The translations under genes and the position numbers were made by a program. 64,000 bases of DNA from an uncultured Acidimicrobiales bacterium. GTDB taxonomy: Bacteria; Actinomycetota; Acidimicrobiia; Acidimicrobiales; Hopanoidiivorantaceae. The notes beneath the pieces are model-generated. The model was not told where the DNA came from. It saw only the letters and a list, made by a program, of their open reading frames with translations, and ran no database searches. Each line of letters starts with the position of its first letter. Position 1 is the stretch's first letter. Location: the NCBI GenBank assembly GCA_958295755.1, contig OY282367.1, positions 655,087 through 719,086 on the forward strand, written 5' to 3'. Below are positions 33,949 to 44,035 of this stretch, one piece after another.

Positions 33949-34650
33949 GTGTTAGAACATTCATATAACTCAAATAATTTGAGCAGCCACTCCGGGTGGG
34001 GAGACAAGGGGTGGGAAGTCAAAGGGCAGGGCTATTTGGTGCCCACTGTGGTAGAGCAGACCAGCAGGGGAGAGCGGGCGTTCGATCTCTACTCACGCCT
34101 CCTGAAGGAGAACATCATCTTCCTCGGAACGCCGATAGACGATGTGGTAGCTAATCTCGTGTGCGCCCAGCTGCTGCACTTAGAGTCTGAAAACCCAGAT
34201 CGTGACATCAGCCTCTACATCAACTCGCCGGGCGGAGACATCAATTCGCTATTCGCCGTCTACGACACGATGCAGTACATCAAGCCCGATATTATGACTA
34301 TTTGCTTCGGCCAAGCTGCTTCAGCAGCTGCTGTGCTACTGAGCGCAGGCGCACCCGGCAAACGTCTGGCCTTGCCACACACAAGAATTCTTATCCACCA
34401 GCCTTATGCGGGAGCGCAGGGGCAAGTCTCTGACATTGAAATCGCCAGCAAAGAGATTCAACGTCTCAAAACACAGCTGGAAGAAGTATTAGCTCACCAC
34501 ACGGGTCAATCACAAGAGCGCATCAAAGATGATACCGACAGAGACTTCGTTATGACAGCTGAAGAAGCCATGAAATACGGAATCATCGACGAGGTCATCT
34601 CAACTCGTTCGGATCAGCAAGAGCCACCCAAGATAGCAGTGGCCAGCTGA
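33949..34650 (+). CDS. clpP: ATP-dependent Clp protease proteolytic subunit (paralog B, in tig-clpP-clpX)
   Basis: It shows ...[27 protein letters not shown]...[11 protein letters not shown].... Ser is in GQAASAA, His in ILIHQP and Asp in DTDRD. The start codon (GTG 33949) is uncertain. Confidence 0.9.
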   Translation: MLEHSYNSNNLSSHSGWGDKGWEVKGQGYLVPTVVEQTSRGERAFDLYSRLLKENIIFLGTPIDDVVANLVCAQLLHLESENPDRDISLYINSPGGDINSLFAVYDTMQYIKPDIMTICFGQAASAAAVLLSAGAPGKRLALPHTRILIHQPYAGAQGQVSDIEIASKEIQRLKTQLEEVLAHHTGQSQERIKDDTDRDFVMTAEEAMKYGIIDEVISTRSDQQEPPKIAVAS

Positions 34651-34712
34651 ACCGAGAAAAGAACCACAAGAGACAAGTAGCCAGCCAAAAGTAGCAAGAA
34701 GAAAGACGCAAC

Positions 34713-36002
34713 ATGGCAAAGTTCGGCGAGAGTGTAGACCTCCTCAAGTGCTCCTTCTGCGCTAAAACCCAAAAGCAAGTTCGCAAGCTAATCGCCGGCC
34801 CAGGCGTCTACATCTGTGACGAGTGCATAGAACTCTGCAACGAGATTCTCCACGAAGACCTAGACCGACCAGAAGTCGAAAGCCCTGTCAACCTCCCCAA
34901 GCCTCGTGAAATATTTGAGTTCCTCAACGACTACATCATCAGTCAGGAACATGCTAAGCGGATCCTGTCTGTAGCTGTCTATAACCACTACAAACGTATC
35001 TCTCACGAACAGGCCAAAAAAACCAGCATCGCAGACGAGCAAGAATCTGTGGAGCTAGACACTTCCAATATTTTGCTCATAGGGCCGACCGGCTGCGGAA
35101 AAACCCTCATGGCTCAAACTCTGGCCCGAATGTTAAATATGCCATTCACCATCGTGGATGCTACGGCGCTCACAGAGGCGGGCTATGTGGGCGAAGATGT
35201 AGAAAATATCCTCCTCAGGCTTCTTCAAAGTGCCGATTACGATGTCAAGCGAGCTGAGACAGGCATTATTTATATTGACGAAATCGACAAAATTGCGCGC
35301 AAGAGCGAAAACCCCTCCATCACTCGCGATGTTTCAGGAGAAGGAGTGCAGCAAGCCTTGCTGAAGATATTCGAAGGCACCCAAGCCTCGGTGCCTCCCC
35401 ACGGTGGGCGCAAGCACCCGCACCAAGAGTTCATCCAGATAGACACAACCAATATTTTGTTTATCTGCGGCGGAGCTTTCGGCGGACTAGACAAGATCAT
35501 TGAGCAGCGCATCGGGCGCAAAGGGGTCGGATTCGGGGCTGAAGTCAACGCCTCCTCTCAGAAAGACTTAGCCGCCCTCTACAGCCAAGTACAACCCGAA
35601 GATCTCATCGCTTATGGTCTCATACCCGAGTTCATCGGCCGACTTCCTCTGGTGGGCGCAGTAGCCGACTTAGACAAAGAGTCCCTGTTACGCATTCTCA
35701 CCGAACCGCGCAACGCTCTCACCAAGCAATACTCCACATATTTTTCTATGGAGGAAGTGGATTTGGAATTCACCGATGACGCTTTAGACGCTGTGGCTGA
35801 ACTTGCCATGCAGCGACGCACTGGCGCAAGAGGTCTGCGTGCCATCTTGGATGAGGTTCTGCTGGGTGTCATGTATGAACTACCCGACCGAGAAGATGTA
35901 GCCCGTTGCGTTGTTGACGAAAAGGTTGTGCGCGAAAATGTGAATCCCACGCTGGTGCCCAGAAAATCAAAGCCTGTGCGCCAGACACGGGCGGCCTCCT
36001 GA
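34713..36002 (+). CDS. clpX: ATP-dependent Clp protease ATP-binding subunit ClpX
   Basis: The N-terminal zinc finger is [26 protein letters not shown]. Walker A is GPTGCGKT. The pore loop is GYVG and the ClpP-docking loop is IGF-like (GVGFGA). Confidence 0.95.
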   Translation: MAKFGESVDLLKCSFCAKTQKQVRKLIAGPGVYICDECIELCNEILHEDLDRPEVESPVNLPKPREIFEFLNDYIISQEHAKRILSVAVYNHYKRISHEQAKKTSIADEQESVELDTSNILLIGPTGCGKTLMAQTLARMLNMPFTIVDATALTEAGYVGEDVENILLRLLQSADYDVKRAETGIIYIDEIDKIARKSENPSITRDVSGEGVQQALLKIFEGTQASVPPHGGRKHPHQEFIQIDTTNILFICGGAFGGLDKIIEQRIGRKGVGFGAEVNASSQKDLAALYSQVQPEDLIAYGLIPEFIGRLPLVGAVADLDKESLLRILTEPRNALTKQYSTYFSMEEVDLEFTDDALDAVAELAMQRRTGARGLRAILDEVLLGVMYELPDREDVARCVVDEKVVRENVNPTLVPRKSKPVRQTRAAS

Positions 36003-36005
36003 GTT

Positions 36006-36087
36006 GGCATCCTAAGTCGGCCTGGCATTCCGACATAAAGGCATCCCGACTTATAAGTATTCCGGCTTAGTGGCATCCCGACATAAA
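36006..36087. repeat. degenerate ~16-bp repeat array GGCATYCCGACWTAAA (4-5 copies) between clpX and folC
   Basis: Copies start at 36006, 36024, 36040, 36072, with a partial copy at 36058. The copies at 36024 and 36072 are 15/16 identical. TAAGTCGG and CCGACTTA can also pair as a stem. Confidence 0.85.
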
Positions 36088-36105
36088 TCTGGCAAGAGCA
36101 TCGTT

Positions 36106-37446
36106 ATGTTGGAGTGGCTCGACAGCCACATCAATCTGGAGGCCACAGCGGGCAAGATCACTGGCCTCTCTTTGGATCACATGCGCGACCTCGCCAAGCT
36201 ACTGGGCGACCCTCAACGCAACTATCCCGCCATTCATATAACCGGCACCAACGGTAAAGGCTCCACCGCCTACTTACTCACCCGACTGCTCGCTGAACAC
36301 GGTCTCAAGGTGGGCACCTATGCCAGCCCACATGTGAGTAGCATCCACGAGCGTATCAGTATTAACACAGAGCCCATCGGTAACGCAGAGCTGCTTGGGT
36401 TGCTGAAGACTTTGCGCCTCACCGAAGATCACTGGATGGAAGAAGGTGGCGAGCGGTTTTCTTGGTTTGAGCTGGTCACAGCAGCTGCTTTTATATGCTT
36501 CGCAGACGAAGCAGTAGATGTGGCTGTGGTGGAGGTCGGCAAACTCGGACGCTACGATGCCACCAACATCTTGGAAGCTGAACTAGCCGTGGTAACAAAT
36601 GTGGCTGAAGACCACACCGACGGTAGCGAAGGCTGGCGAGAAGCTATTGCCTGGGAAAAGGCTGGCATAATCAATCTTCAGAGCACTCTTGTGCTTGGAC
36701 AAGGAGCTGGTGATCCTTCCCTGAGCGAGATTTTTGCCGCAGAAAACCCGAAAGCTACATGGAGGCTAGGCGAGCACGCTCAAGTCGAGTCTAACGAGCT
36801 TGCCGTAGGGGGAAGATTGCTCGACATCTCCACGCCGAAAGCCAGATATAGCGATGTATTCTTGTCGCTCAATGGCGAGCACCAAGGTGAAAACGCAGCC
36901 TTGGCTCTGCTGGTGGCCGAGATTTTCTTTGACGCTCCTGTGGCGGAGGAAATTGTGGAGGATGCCTTCAGCGGAGCTACCTTGCCTGCCCGCTTGGAAG
37001 CAGCGGGACGAGAACCACTGGTGATATTTGACGGAGCTCATAACCCCCATGGAGTAGCCGCGGTTGCTCGCTCGGTGCGTGATGACTTCAGCGTGGCTGG
37101 TGAAGTGGTACTGGTAGTCGGCATGACCGAAGGGCACAATCATGAACGAAGCTTGGGCAAGCTCTTGGAAGTAATAGAAGAAGTAATAGAAGAACAGGAA
37201 GAACATTCAGAAACCTCAACTCAGCTGATCTGCTGCACTGCGCCTTCTCCCAGAGGCATCGCGGCTGAGGAGCTGGCAGCATTTGCTAAGCAAGTGGGCT
37301 ATGAGCCAGTGGTAATATCAGACGCCGGCGAAGCCCTGCGCCATGGCGTGAATTTGGCAGGTAGTGAAGGTCTGGTTTTCGTAACAGGCTCTTTGTATGT
37401 GGCAGGTGCAGCTCGCCAAGAATATAAGAAGATGGTTGCCCGGTAA
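36106..37446 (+). CDS. folC: folylpolyglutamate synthase / dihydrofolate synthase
   Basis: It has the Mur-ligase P-loop IHITGTNGKGST and ...ITNVAEDHTD.... I prefer the start at ATG 36106. GTG 36070 lies inside the upstream repeat array. Confidence 0.85.
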   Translation: MLEWLDSHINLEATAGKITGLSLDHMRDLAKLLGDPQRNYPAIHITGTNGKGSTAYLLTRLLAEHGLKVGTYASPHVSSIHERISINTEPIGNAELLGLLKTLRLTEDHWMEEGGERFSWFELVTAAAFICFADEAVDVAVVEVGKLGRYDATNILEAELAVVTNVAEDHTDGSEGWREAIAWEKAGIINLQSTLVLGQGAGDPSLSEIFAAENPKATWRLGEHAQVESNELAVGGRLLDISTPKARYSDVFLSLNGEHQGENAALALLVAEIFFDAPVAEEIVEDAFSGATLPARLEAAGREPLVIFDGAHNPHGVAAVARSVRDDFSVAGEVVLVVGMTEGHNHERSLGKLLEVIEEVIEEQEEHSETSTQLICCTAPSPRGIAAEELAAFAKQVGYEPVVISDAGEALRHGVNLAGSEGLVFVTGSLYVAGAARQEYKKMVAR

Positions 37447-37502
37447 ATATCTGCCCTCCCCGAACTGCCACACGATAAAAACTAAACCAAAGGAGATATC
37501 TC

Positions 37503-37952
37503 ATGCCAGAAACACTGACAGCAACACCATCTGAAACAACACTCTCAGAAACGCTCATAATCTGCAAGCCTGATGCCCAAGAGCGAAGGCTCATAGGCGA
37601 AATCCTTGGCCGCATAGAACGCAAAGGTCTAAAGATCGTAGAAATGAAGATGCTCACGATCAGCCGCGATTTAGCCCAGCAGCACTACAGCGAGCACGCA
37701 GATAAACCCTTTTTCGGTGAACTAGTCGATTTCATCTGTCGTTCACCCTCAGTCGTAGCCATTGTGGGTGCCGCAAGCACCGATGCCGTCTCAATCATGC
37801 GCACTCTTATCGGCCCCACCGACCCCGCCACAGCCCCTCCCGGCACAATCCGTGGCGACTACGGCACAGTAGTAACAGAAAATCTAGTCCACGCCTCAGA
37901 CAGCCCCGAATCAGCAAGCAGAGAAATTGCGCTCTTCTTCCCCGAACGCTAA
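37503..37952 (+). CDS. ndk: nucleoside diphosphate kinase
   Basis: It shows ETLIICKPDAQERRLIGEILGRIERKGLKIV and the active-site region NLVHASDS. Confidence 0.9.
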   Translation: MPETLTATPSETTLSETLIICKPDAQERRLIGEILGRIERKGLKIVEMKMLTISRDLAQQHYSEHADKPFFGELVDFICRSPSVVAIVGAASTDAVSIMRTLIGPTDPATAPPGTIRGDYGTVVTENLVHASDSPESASREIALFFPER

Positions 37953-38018
37953 ACATTTCCAGATCCAACAAAATTTTAGAGAAAATTTAAACAAGAAACT
38001 ACACATAGCCGCGCCATT

Positions 38019-39050
38019 TTGTGTAAGATAGGTATTGTGCGGCTTCACCGTGACATAGCTGTCGACTTAGGTACTGCCAATACGGTCATATTTGAACCGG
38101 GCAAGGGCATAGTTCTGGATGAACCCAGTATTGTGACAGTCGCCGAAGATACTGGCGATGTCATATCGGTCGGCAAAGAGGCTAGACAGCAATCAGGCAG
38201 AGTTCCAGGGCATCTGACAGTCCGCCCGTTGCGCGACGGTGTCATTGCCGACTTTGAAATTTGTGCCAGAATGTTGCGGGAGTTCATTCTTATGATGGAC
38301 ATCGGGCGTATGGCTCGGCCTCGCATGGCTATTTGCGTGCCCACCGGGGTAACTCCTGTGGAGAAGAGAGCAGTAGTCAAAGTTGCCGAGAATGCCGGAG
38401 CACGCAAGCATGTCTATGTGATTGAAGAGCCAGTAGCGGCGGCGATCGGTGCAGGGTTGCAGATTCACAAGCCGATGGGATCTATGATTGTCGACATTGG
38501 TGGCGGCACAACCGAAGTCGCCGTGCTTTCCACAGGCGGCATAGTGGTATCCACTTCGGCACAAGTGGCGGGCAATGCTATAGATGAAGCTATTGTCCAA
38601 TACATAAAAAAAGAACATGACTTCTCATGTGCCCTGGGCTATGTGGAACGCCTCAAGAAAATCAGAGCTTCAGCGTGGCCGCTCAAGAACGAGCCCCAGG
38701 TGACCATCAAAGGTCTAAATCTCCGTACGGGTTACCCAGCCAAGCTAACTATCAACACAGTGCAGCTGCGAGAGGCTATTGAAGAACCACTCCAGCGTAT
38801 CGTGGATGCAGTCAAAGATACCTTGGACGCCACACCACCCGAACTAGTAGCCGACATTATGGAAGAAGGTATTATGCTCGCAGGTGGTGGCTGTCTCTTG
38901 CACGGGCTACCAGAGCGCCTCCAACATGAGACTGGTCTTTCAGTGAGGCGTGCTGAAGATCCGTTGTATTCGGTTGTGCGGGGGTGTGGGGAATCTCTCG
39001 TCCACTATAAGAAGCTGCGGAGCGTGCTGTTCTCCGCCAACGGCGAGTAG
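38019..39050 (+). CDS. mreB: rod-shape-determining actin homolog MreB
   Basis: It shows DIAVDLGTANT, ...VRPLRDGVIADF..., ...VIEEPVAAAIGAG... and ...MIVDIGGGTTEVAV.... The start is uncertain, either TTG 38019 or GTG 38037. Confidence 0.9.
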   Translation: MCKIGIVRLHRDIAVDLGTANTVIFEPGKGIVLDEPSIVTVAEDTGDVISVGKEARQQSGRVPGHLTVRPLRDGVIADFEICARMLREFILMMDIGRMARPRMAICVPTGVTPVEKRAVVKVAENAGARKHVYVIEEPVAAAIGAGLQIHKPMGSMIVDIGGGTTEVAVLSTGGIVVSTSAQVAGNAIDEAIVQYIKKEHDFSCALGYVERLKKIRASAWPLKNEPQVTIKGLNLRTGYPAKLTINTVQLREAIEEPLQRIVDAVKDTLDATPPELVADIMEEGIMLAGGGCLLHGLPERLQHETGLSVRRAEDPLYSVVRGCGESLVHYKKLRSVLFSANGE

Positions 39051-39151
39051 CAACGAGCCTTTCCCGGAGCAGGCGGCCTGCTTTTCGGCGGCGGACACCT
39101 CGTCGCAGTGGTGGTCGCAATATTGGCCGTGCTACCATCGTTTTAGCTATC

Positions 39152-39934
39152 TTGGCCGTCATCTCAGTAGCACTCATCACTCTCAGCTTCAGAGGCGACA
39201 ATCTTTTCCAGCGCACTGAAGACGGAGCCCGAAGCGCGCTTTCATCTATCGGCGATTTCGCAGGTAGCGTGTTTTCGCCTCTCACAGACGCTTGGAATTC
39301 AGCTTGGGACTATGACGACCTACAAGACGAAAACAACCAGCTGCGCCAGCAAATTGACGAGCTGCGGGCAGCAGAGTTCACCGAGCAAGCCGCAACAGCC
39401 GAACTAGCACGCCTTTCTGCCGACTTAGACCTCACGCCAGTGGGTGAGATTCCAAGAGTGGCAGCCAAGGTGGTGGTGCCACTCGGCAATTTCACCGGTG
39501 ACACTATCCAACTCTCCAAAGGGGAAACGTCCGGCCTGCGGGAAGGAATGCCTGTGGTGGTGAGATCGGGGTTAGTGGGGCGCGTGGTAGAGGTGCGACA
39601 AGAACGTTCCTTTGTGCGCCCCCTGACTTCGCCGGGCTTTTTGGTGGGAGTGCGCTTCTTAGACGGCGATTACATCACCCCAGCCATAGCCCAGTCCGAC
39701 GAAAATCTGCTAAGAGCCGAGCTGAATGTGAGCTTCGACCCGCCAGCATTGGGGACTTTAGCCGTGACGAGCGGGTTGGAGCGTAGTGTCTATCCGCCGG
39801 ATTTGTCTGTGGGTGTGGTTGAAAATGTGATAACTGATGAATCTACCCTCACGAATGTCATCTTCATTAGACCTGTAGCAAACATCGAGAATCTTTCTTT
39901 CGTCTCGGTGCTGGATTACGACACAGGACAATGA
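39152..39934 (+). CDS. mreC: rod-shape-determining protein MreC (5' boundary unresolved)
   Basis: Its position after mreB fits MreC. It has a coiled-coil segment ...LQDENNQLRQQIDELRA... and a beta-rich C-terminal domain. The in-frame upstream codons encode the expected basic tail plus the rest of the TM helix, but they contain no ATG, GTG or TTG. Confidence 0.7.
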   Translation: MAVISVALITLSFRGDNLFQRTEDGARSALSSIGDFAGSVFSPLTDAWNSAWDYDDLQDENNQLRQQIDELRAAEFTEQAATAELARLSADLDLTPVGEIPRVAAKVVVPLGNFTGDTIQLSKGETSGLREGMPVVVRSGLVGRVVEVRQERSFVRPLTSPGFLVGVRFLDGDYITPAIAQSDENLLRAELNVSFDPPALGTLAVTSGLERSVYPPDLSVGVVENVITDESTLTNVIFIRPVANIENLSFVSVLDYDTGQ

Positions 39935-40527
39935 GTCAAATTTCCCTAGGGATACACCCTAGCCAGCTCCACCGCTACGGCAGGGGAGTGATCACTCGGC
40001 TAGGAATTATGGCCTTTGTGGTGGTGTTCTTTCATCTAGGGCTGTGGTTGCATCTGCCGCTCTTTGGGGTGACCGCTGAAACTCTGCTACTGGCCAGCGT
40101 ACTCAGCGGAGCCTTACTGGGACCTGTGTGGGGAGCTGGGGCAGGTTTTGTTCTGGGAGGTGTGTACGACCTCTTATCGCCGACACCTCTAGGTTTGGGA
40201 TGCTTAGTATTTAGCATTTCAGGCTATGGCATAGCCCGTCTCGTGAGTACCTTTGGAATGACCCGCTGGTGGCAGAGTAGCCTCTACGGACTGATCGGAT
40301 TACTAGGCGGTGTGTCGCTATTCGCATCAGTTGGCGAACTCTTAGGGCAGGATTATCTAATCAACGAGCATTTTCCTAGAATTATGTGGGTGCAAGCTGT
40401 CTTTGCTGTGGTGCTTAGCCCTGGATTTTGGTGGATGATGAGCTGGGTAGCTTCTGGAAGTTTCCGAAGTGAAGACAGTCGCCTACGAAGACGATTACAA
40501 CCCCTGAATCCCGGAAGATTGACATGA
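39931..40527 (+). CDS. mreD: rod-shape-determining protein MreD
   Basis: This is a small polytopic membrane protein. It is ATGA-coupled between mreC and the PBP2 gene. Confidence 0.65.
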   Translation: MSQISLGIHPSQLHRYGRGVITRLGIMAFVVVFFHLGLWLHLPLFGVTAETLLLASVLSGALLGPVWGAGAGFVLGGVYDLLSPTPLGLGCLVFSISGYGIARLVSTFGMTRWWQSSLYGLIGLLGGVSLFASVGELLGQDYLINEHFPRIMWVQAVFAVVLSPGFWWMMSWVASGSFRSEDSRLRRRLQPLNPGRLT

Positions 40528-42599
40528 CCGTGCGCATCGGCACGATTGCTGGAGTGATAGCACTCCTGCTAGTGGGTCTGCTGACGCGTCTGTGGTATTT
40601 GCAAGTCCTCAATACCGAAGATTTCCAGAGTCAAGCCCAGACTTATGTGCCGGCCAACACGATCAGATACGCTCCCATTCCAGCCCCCAGAGGCAGAATT
40701 TTTGATGCTCAAGAGCGCGTGCTTGTGGACAATCGCAGAGTTAATGTGGTCACGGTAGACGCCACAGCAGCCCGAGAGCAAGTGGCGGCAGACAGTAACT
40801 ATCTCCTGCAATTGGCTCGCGAGATATCGCGCCATGGCCGTCCAGTCAAAGTTGCCGATTTGGAAGTCGCAGTTGCCGACCTGCGCTACGGCCCCAACGA
40901 CAGAATACCCATCGCTTATGATGTGCGCGAAGAGTTCGCAATAATAGTGGGCGAGCGTGCTGAGGAATTGCCAGGTGTGCGCCTCACGGAAACTGCAGTG
41001 CGACATTATCCCTACGGCACTTTAGCAGCCCATGTGCTGGGCTATGTGGGATCTATTACTGCATCTGAAATAGCAGAACGTGAAAATCACCCCAAGCGAT
41101 ACCAGCCCAACGACGAGATTGGCAAAGCGGGGGTGGAACTAGCTTTTGAAGATATATTGCGGGGCACTCCGGGCTGGCGCGAGATAACAATTTCTCCCGA
41201 TAACCAGATATTGGGAGAGCGGCAGATAGTGGCCCCGATAGCAGGCTTTGATGTTCATCTCACCATTGAAAGAGATGTGCAAGCCCTTGTAGAAGATCAG
41301 CTCAGACAGGGGCTAGAAAGGGCGCGCGAAACTCCGATAGATGTCGACCCTGAAGAAAGTCCAGAAGCTGAGAATCCGCTACTAGAAGTTGCCACATACC
41401 CAGCCCCTGCTGGTGCGGCCGTGCTTTTAGACCCGAGAGATGGGTCTGTGCTGGCGATGGCATCATATCCTTCATATGATCCGAGAGACTTCATCTTGGG
41501 CATAGACGAAGAAGAATTCGCCGCCCTTATAGACCCTGAAAGCTTCGCACCGTTCAACAATAGAGCAATAGCTGGCGCATACTCCATCGGCTCTGCTATG
41601 AAGCCCTTCACTGCTTACGCAGGTCTATCTACTGGTCTCATCGGGGACAGAGGCTTTGTGGATGTAGATGAGACGATAAACGACACTGGTTCGCATATTC
41701 TCCAAGACTGCGAAGGCCAGTGTGAGTTCACTAACGCCCGAGGCGAATCCTACGGTGAGATAGATTTACGGCTCTCCATCATAGTTTCAAGCGATGTCTA
41801 CTATTATCAGCTGGCAGAACAGTTTGCCATCCGTCCCGGTTTTGATGAAGAGCAAGTGCAAAAAACTGCCCGAGAATTTGGCTTCGGCGCGCCCACAGGT
41901 ATAGCTCTGCCGTTTGAATCATCAGGTCTCATACCCGACTCAGAAATCAAGCGCCAGCGCAACGAAGCTAACCCTGTGGCCTTCCCTGACGCCGACTGGC
42001 GTGTGGGCGACACTTTGAATATCGCCATTGGCCAGGGTGACATGGCAGCCTCTCCGCTGCAGCTGGCTAACGCACTAAGCGTGCTAGCCAACGGTGGCAC
42101 TCTGCACGCTTCCAATATCGCTAAATCCGTCACAAACCCGGTAACCGGAACAACAGAAAACGATTACACCGCAAGAGTTGTGCGCAAGATCTATATACCA
42201 CCACAAATAGAGGAGCCGATATTGGATGGCATGGTGGGTGCAACAGAATTCCGTTCATTCAACTATTCAGGAACAGCCACAGACGCGTTTGCAGGTTTTC
42301 CCAGCGACTGGACAGTGGCAGGTAAGACAGGCACAGTGGAGGTGCTAGACAAGAACGATAACTCTGTGTTCATGGCTTTTGGACCAACCGAAGACCCCCG
42401 TTACTCCATGGCCGTAATCATGGAAGAATCGGGATTTGGTGGGCGGGCTGCGGCACCGGTGGTCCGCAATGTGTTGGAGAGAATTGCCGAGGGGTCGGTG
42501 CCGGTGGTGGAGCCACTAGCAGATGACGGTTTTTTGGTGGCTGCAATAGACAGAGAGACTGTCAGAGAGACTGTCAGAGAGGCAGCAGTAGCACGATGA
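40524..42599 (+). CDS. mrdA: penicillin-binding protein 2 (elongation-specific class B transpeptidase)
   Basis: It has an N-terminal TM anchor, a dimerisation domain and a transpeptidase domain. The SxxK motif is GSAMKP, SxN is SSD-like, and KTG is AGKTGT. It lies between mreD and rodA. Confidence 0.85.
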   Translation: MTVRIGTIAGVIALLLVGLLTRLWYLQVLNTEDFQSQAQTYVPANTIRYAPIPAPRGRIFDAQERVLVDNRRVNVVTVDATAAREQVAADSNYLLQLAREISRHGRPVKVADLEVAVADLRYGPNDRIPIAYDVREEFAIIVGERAEELPGVRLTETAVRHYPYGTLAAHVLGYVGSITASEIAERENHPKRYQPNDEIGKAGVELAFEDILRGTPGWREITISPDNQILGERQIVAPIAGFDVHLTIERDVQALVEDQLRQGLERARETPIDVDPEESPEAENPLLEVATYPAPAGAAVLLDPRDGSVLAMASYPSYDPRDFILGIDEEEFAALIDPESFAPFNNRAIAGAYSIGSAMKPFTAYAGLSTGLIGDRGFVDVDETINDTGSHILQDCEGQCEFTNARGESYGEIDLRLSIIVSSDVYYYQLAEQFAIRPGFDEEQVQKTAREFGFGAPTGIALPFESSGLIPDSEIKRQRNEANPVAFPDADWRVGDTLNIAIGQGDMAASPLQLANALSVLANGGTLHASNIAKSVTNPVTGTTENDYTARVVRKIYIPPQIEEPILDGMVGATEFRSFNYSGTATDAFAGFPSDWTVAGKTGTVEVLDKNDNSVFMAFGPTEDPRYSMAVIMEESGFGGRAAAPVVRNVLERIAEGSVPVVEPLADDGFLVAAIDRETVRETVREAAVAR

Positions 42600-43771
42600 C
42601 TGTACTTGAAAGCTTCCGCCAGCCCCGACTGCGCCAACCCGACACACAGCAAGGGGAGTCGTTCTGGCGGAACATGGACTATGTATTAGTGCTGACTGTC
42701 TTTTTGCTGGGCTGTTTCGGGATTGCGATGATCTATAGTTCCAGCCGAGGGTCTGATCCCGCGCAATACAGCAGGCTCAACTCCGACCGTCAAGCTATTT
42801 TCCTTTCTGTGGGTATGGTATTGATGCTGGCAGTGGCGTGGATTCGCAGCGACAGATTCCGTCAAGCCTCATGGGCGTTTTACGGCGTGGGAATTCTGAT
42901 GTTGCTGCTGGTCCTCTCGCCTCTGGGAGCTTCGCGGCGAGGAGCTCGGGCCTGGTTTGAAATTTCTTCATTTCAGATTCAACCTTCAGAGTTTATGAAG
43001 GTGGTTTTCATCGTGGCCTTAGCGAATTTTCTGGGTGGGAGCAACAGCAAACTTCAGGTACCAAGGCTCCTGCTTGCTTTGGTTATGGTGCTAGTACCGA
43101 TTGGACTAGTGATGCTAGAACCCGATGCGGGCACATCTGTGGTATTCGTGGTGATTTCCATGGCGATGACCGTGGTGCGAGGGATGCGTCTGCGCCATGC
43201 ACTGGTGCTGCTGGTGTGTTCGGCGGTGGCAGTAGGGCTTTTGCTGAGCTCGTCAATTTTGGAGGAGTATCAGCGCGAACGTCTGGTTGTATTCATCAAT
43301 CCTGACACAGAGACAGTAGATACCTACAATGTGGAGCAAGCTCAGATAGCCATCGGCAACGGCGGGCTGTTCGGACAAGGTTACGGACAAGGCTCGCAGA
43401 CGCAGTCAGGGCGTGTGCCAGAACAGCACACCGACTTCATCTTCACAGCCATCGGCGAAGAGTTAGGTTTTGTTGGTGCTGCTGGCACAGTGTTCATCTA
43501 TGCGCTGTTGCTTTGGCGGATATCTCGTCTCGGTCGTGCCAGCCCCACCAACTACGGAAAGCTACTGGCAACGGGAGTGATGACTATGCTGGCCTTCCAA
43601 GGATTTCAAGCGGCAGGTATGGCTTCGGGTATTATGCCTGTTACGGGCGTGCCATTCCCGCTGCTGTCCTATGGTGGCTCTTCTATGCTGGCGACCTGCC
43701 TCGCCCTAGGGCTTGTGCTGGGACTGGGACAAGGTAAAGAAGAGAACTATAACCCTGCCTTCATCCGCTGA
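42596..43771 (+). CDS. rodA: SEDS-family peptidoglycan polymerase RodA
   Basis: This is an FtsW/RodA/SpoVE-family polytopic protein (...QPSEFMKV..., ...PEQHTDFIF..., ...PLLSYGGSS...). It is ATGA-coupled to the PBP2 gene. Confidence 0.85.
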   Translation: MTVLESFRQPRLRQPDTQQGESFWRNMDYVLVLTVFLLGCFGIAMIYSSSRGSDPAQYSRLNSDRQAIFLSVGMVLMLAVAWIRSDRFRQASWAFYGVGILMLLLVLSPLGASRRGARAWFEISSFQIQPSEFMKVVFIVALANFLGGSNSKLQVPRLLLALVMVLVPIGLVMLEPDAGTSVVFVVISMAMTVVRGMRLRHALVLLVCSAVAVGLLLSSSILEEYQRERLVVFINPDTETVDTYNVEQAQIAIGNGGLFGQGYGQGSQTQSGRVPEQHTDFIFTAIGEELGFVGAAGTVFIYALLLWRISRLGRASPTNYGKLLATGVMTMLAFQGFQAAGMASGIMPVTGVPFPLLSYGGSSMLATCLALGLVLGLGQGKEENYNPAFIR

Positions 43772-44035
43772 TTTTATAAAATAACCGAATTTGAGATTTA
43801 TGACGATAAGCTGAAGAAGCGCACCGGAGATATCAAATGCAAAGCCCACAGCAAATTTTTGAGATTCACAGGGTTATTGCACCCACAGCACACCTCCTAG
43901 ATAGTTTTATCGCAGGCTTGGCTTTCAGCCCAGCTATTCGGCGCAAATACCTTGCGCGATCCAAGTTTGACACCTATGTTTCCGGTACGCCTTTTGGAGG
44001 CAGTCAGGTGTCAGGTACAAGAAGGGAACATACCC

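Noticed and set aside
36006-36087. Whether the intergenic repeat arrays (36006, 57043, 58497, 27543) are CRISPR arrays.
   Set aside because: The units are 10-21 bp with little or no unique spacer between them, there are only 2-5 copies, and there are no cas genes. They are not CRISPR.
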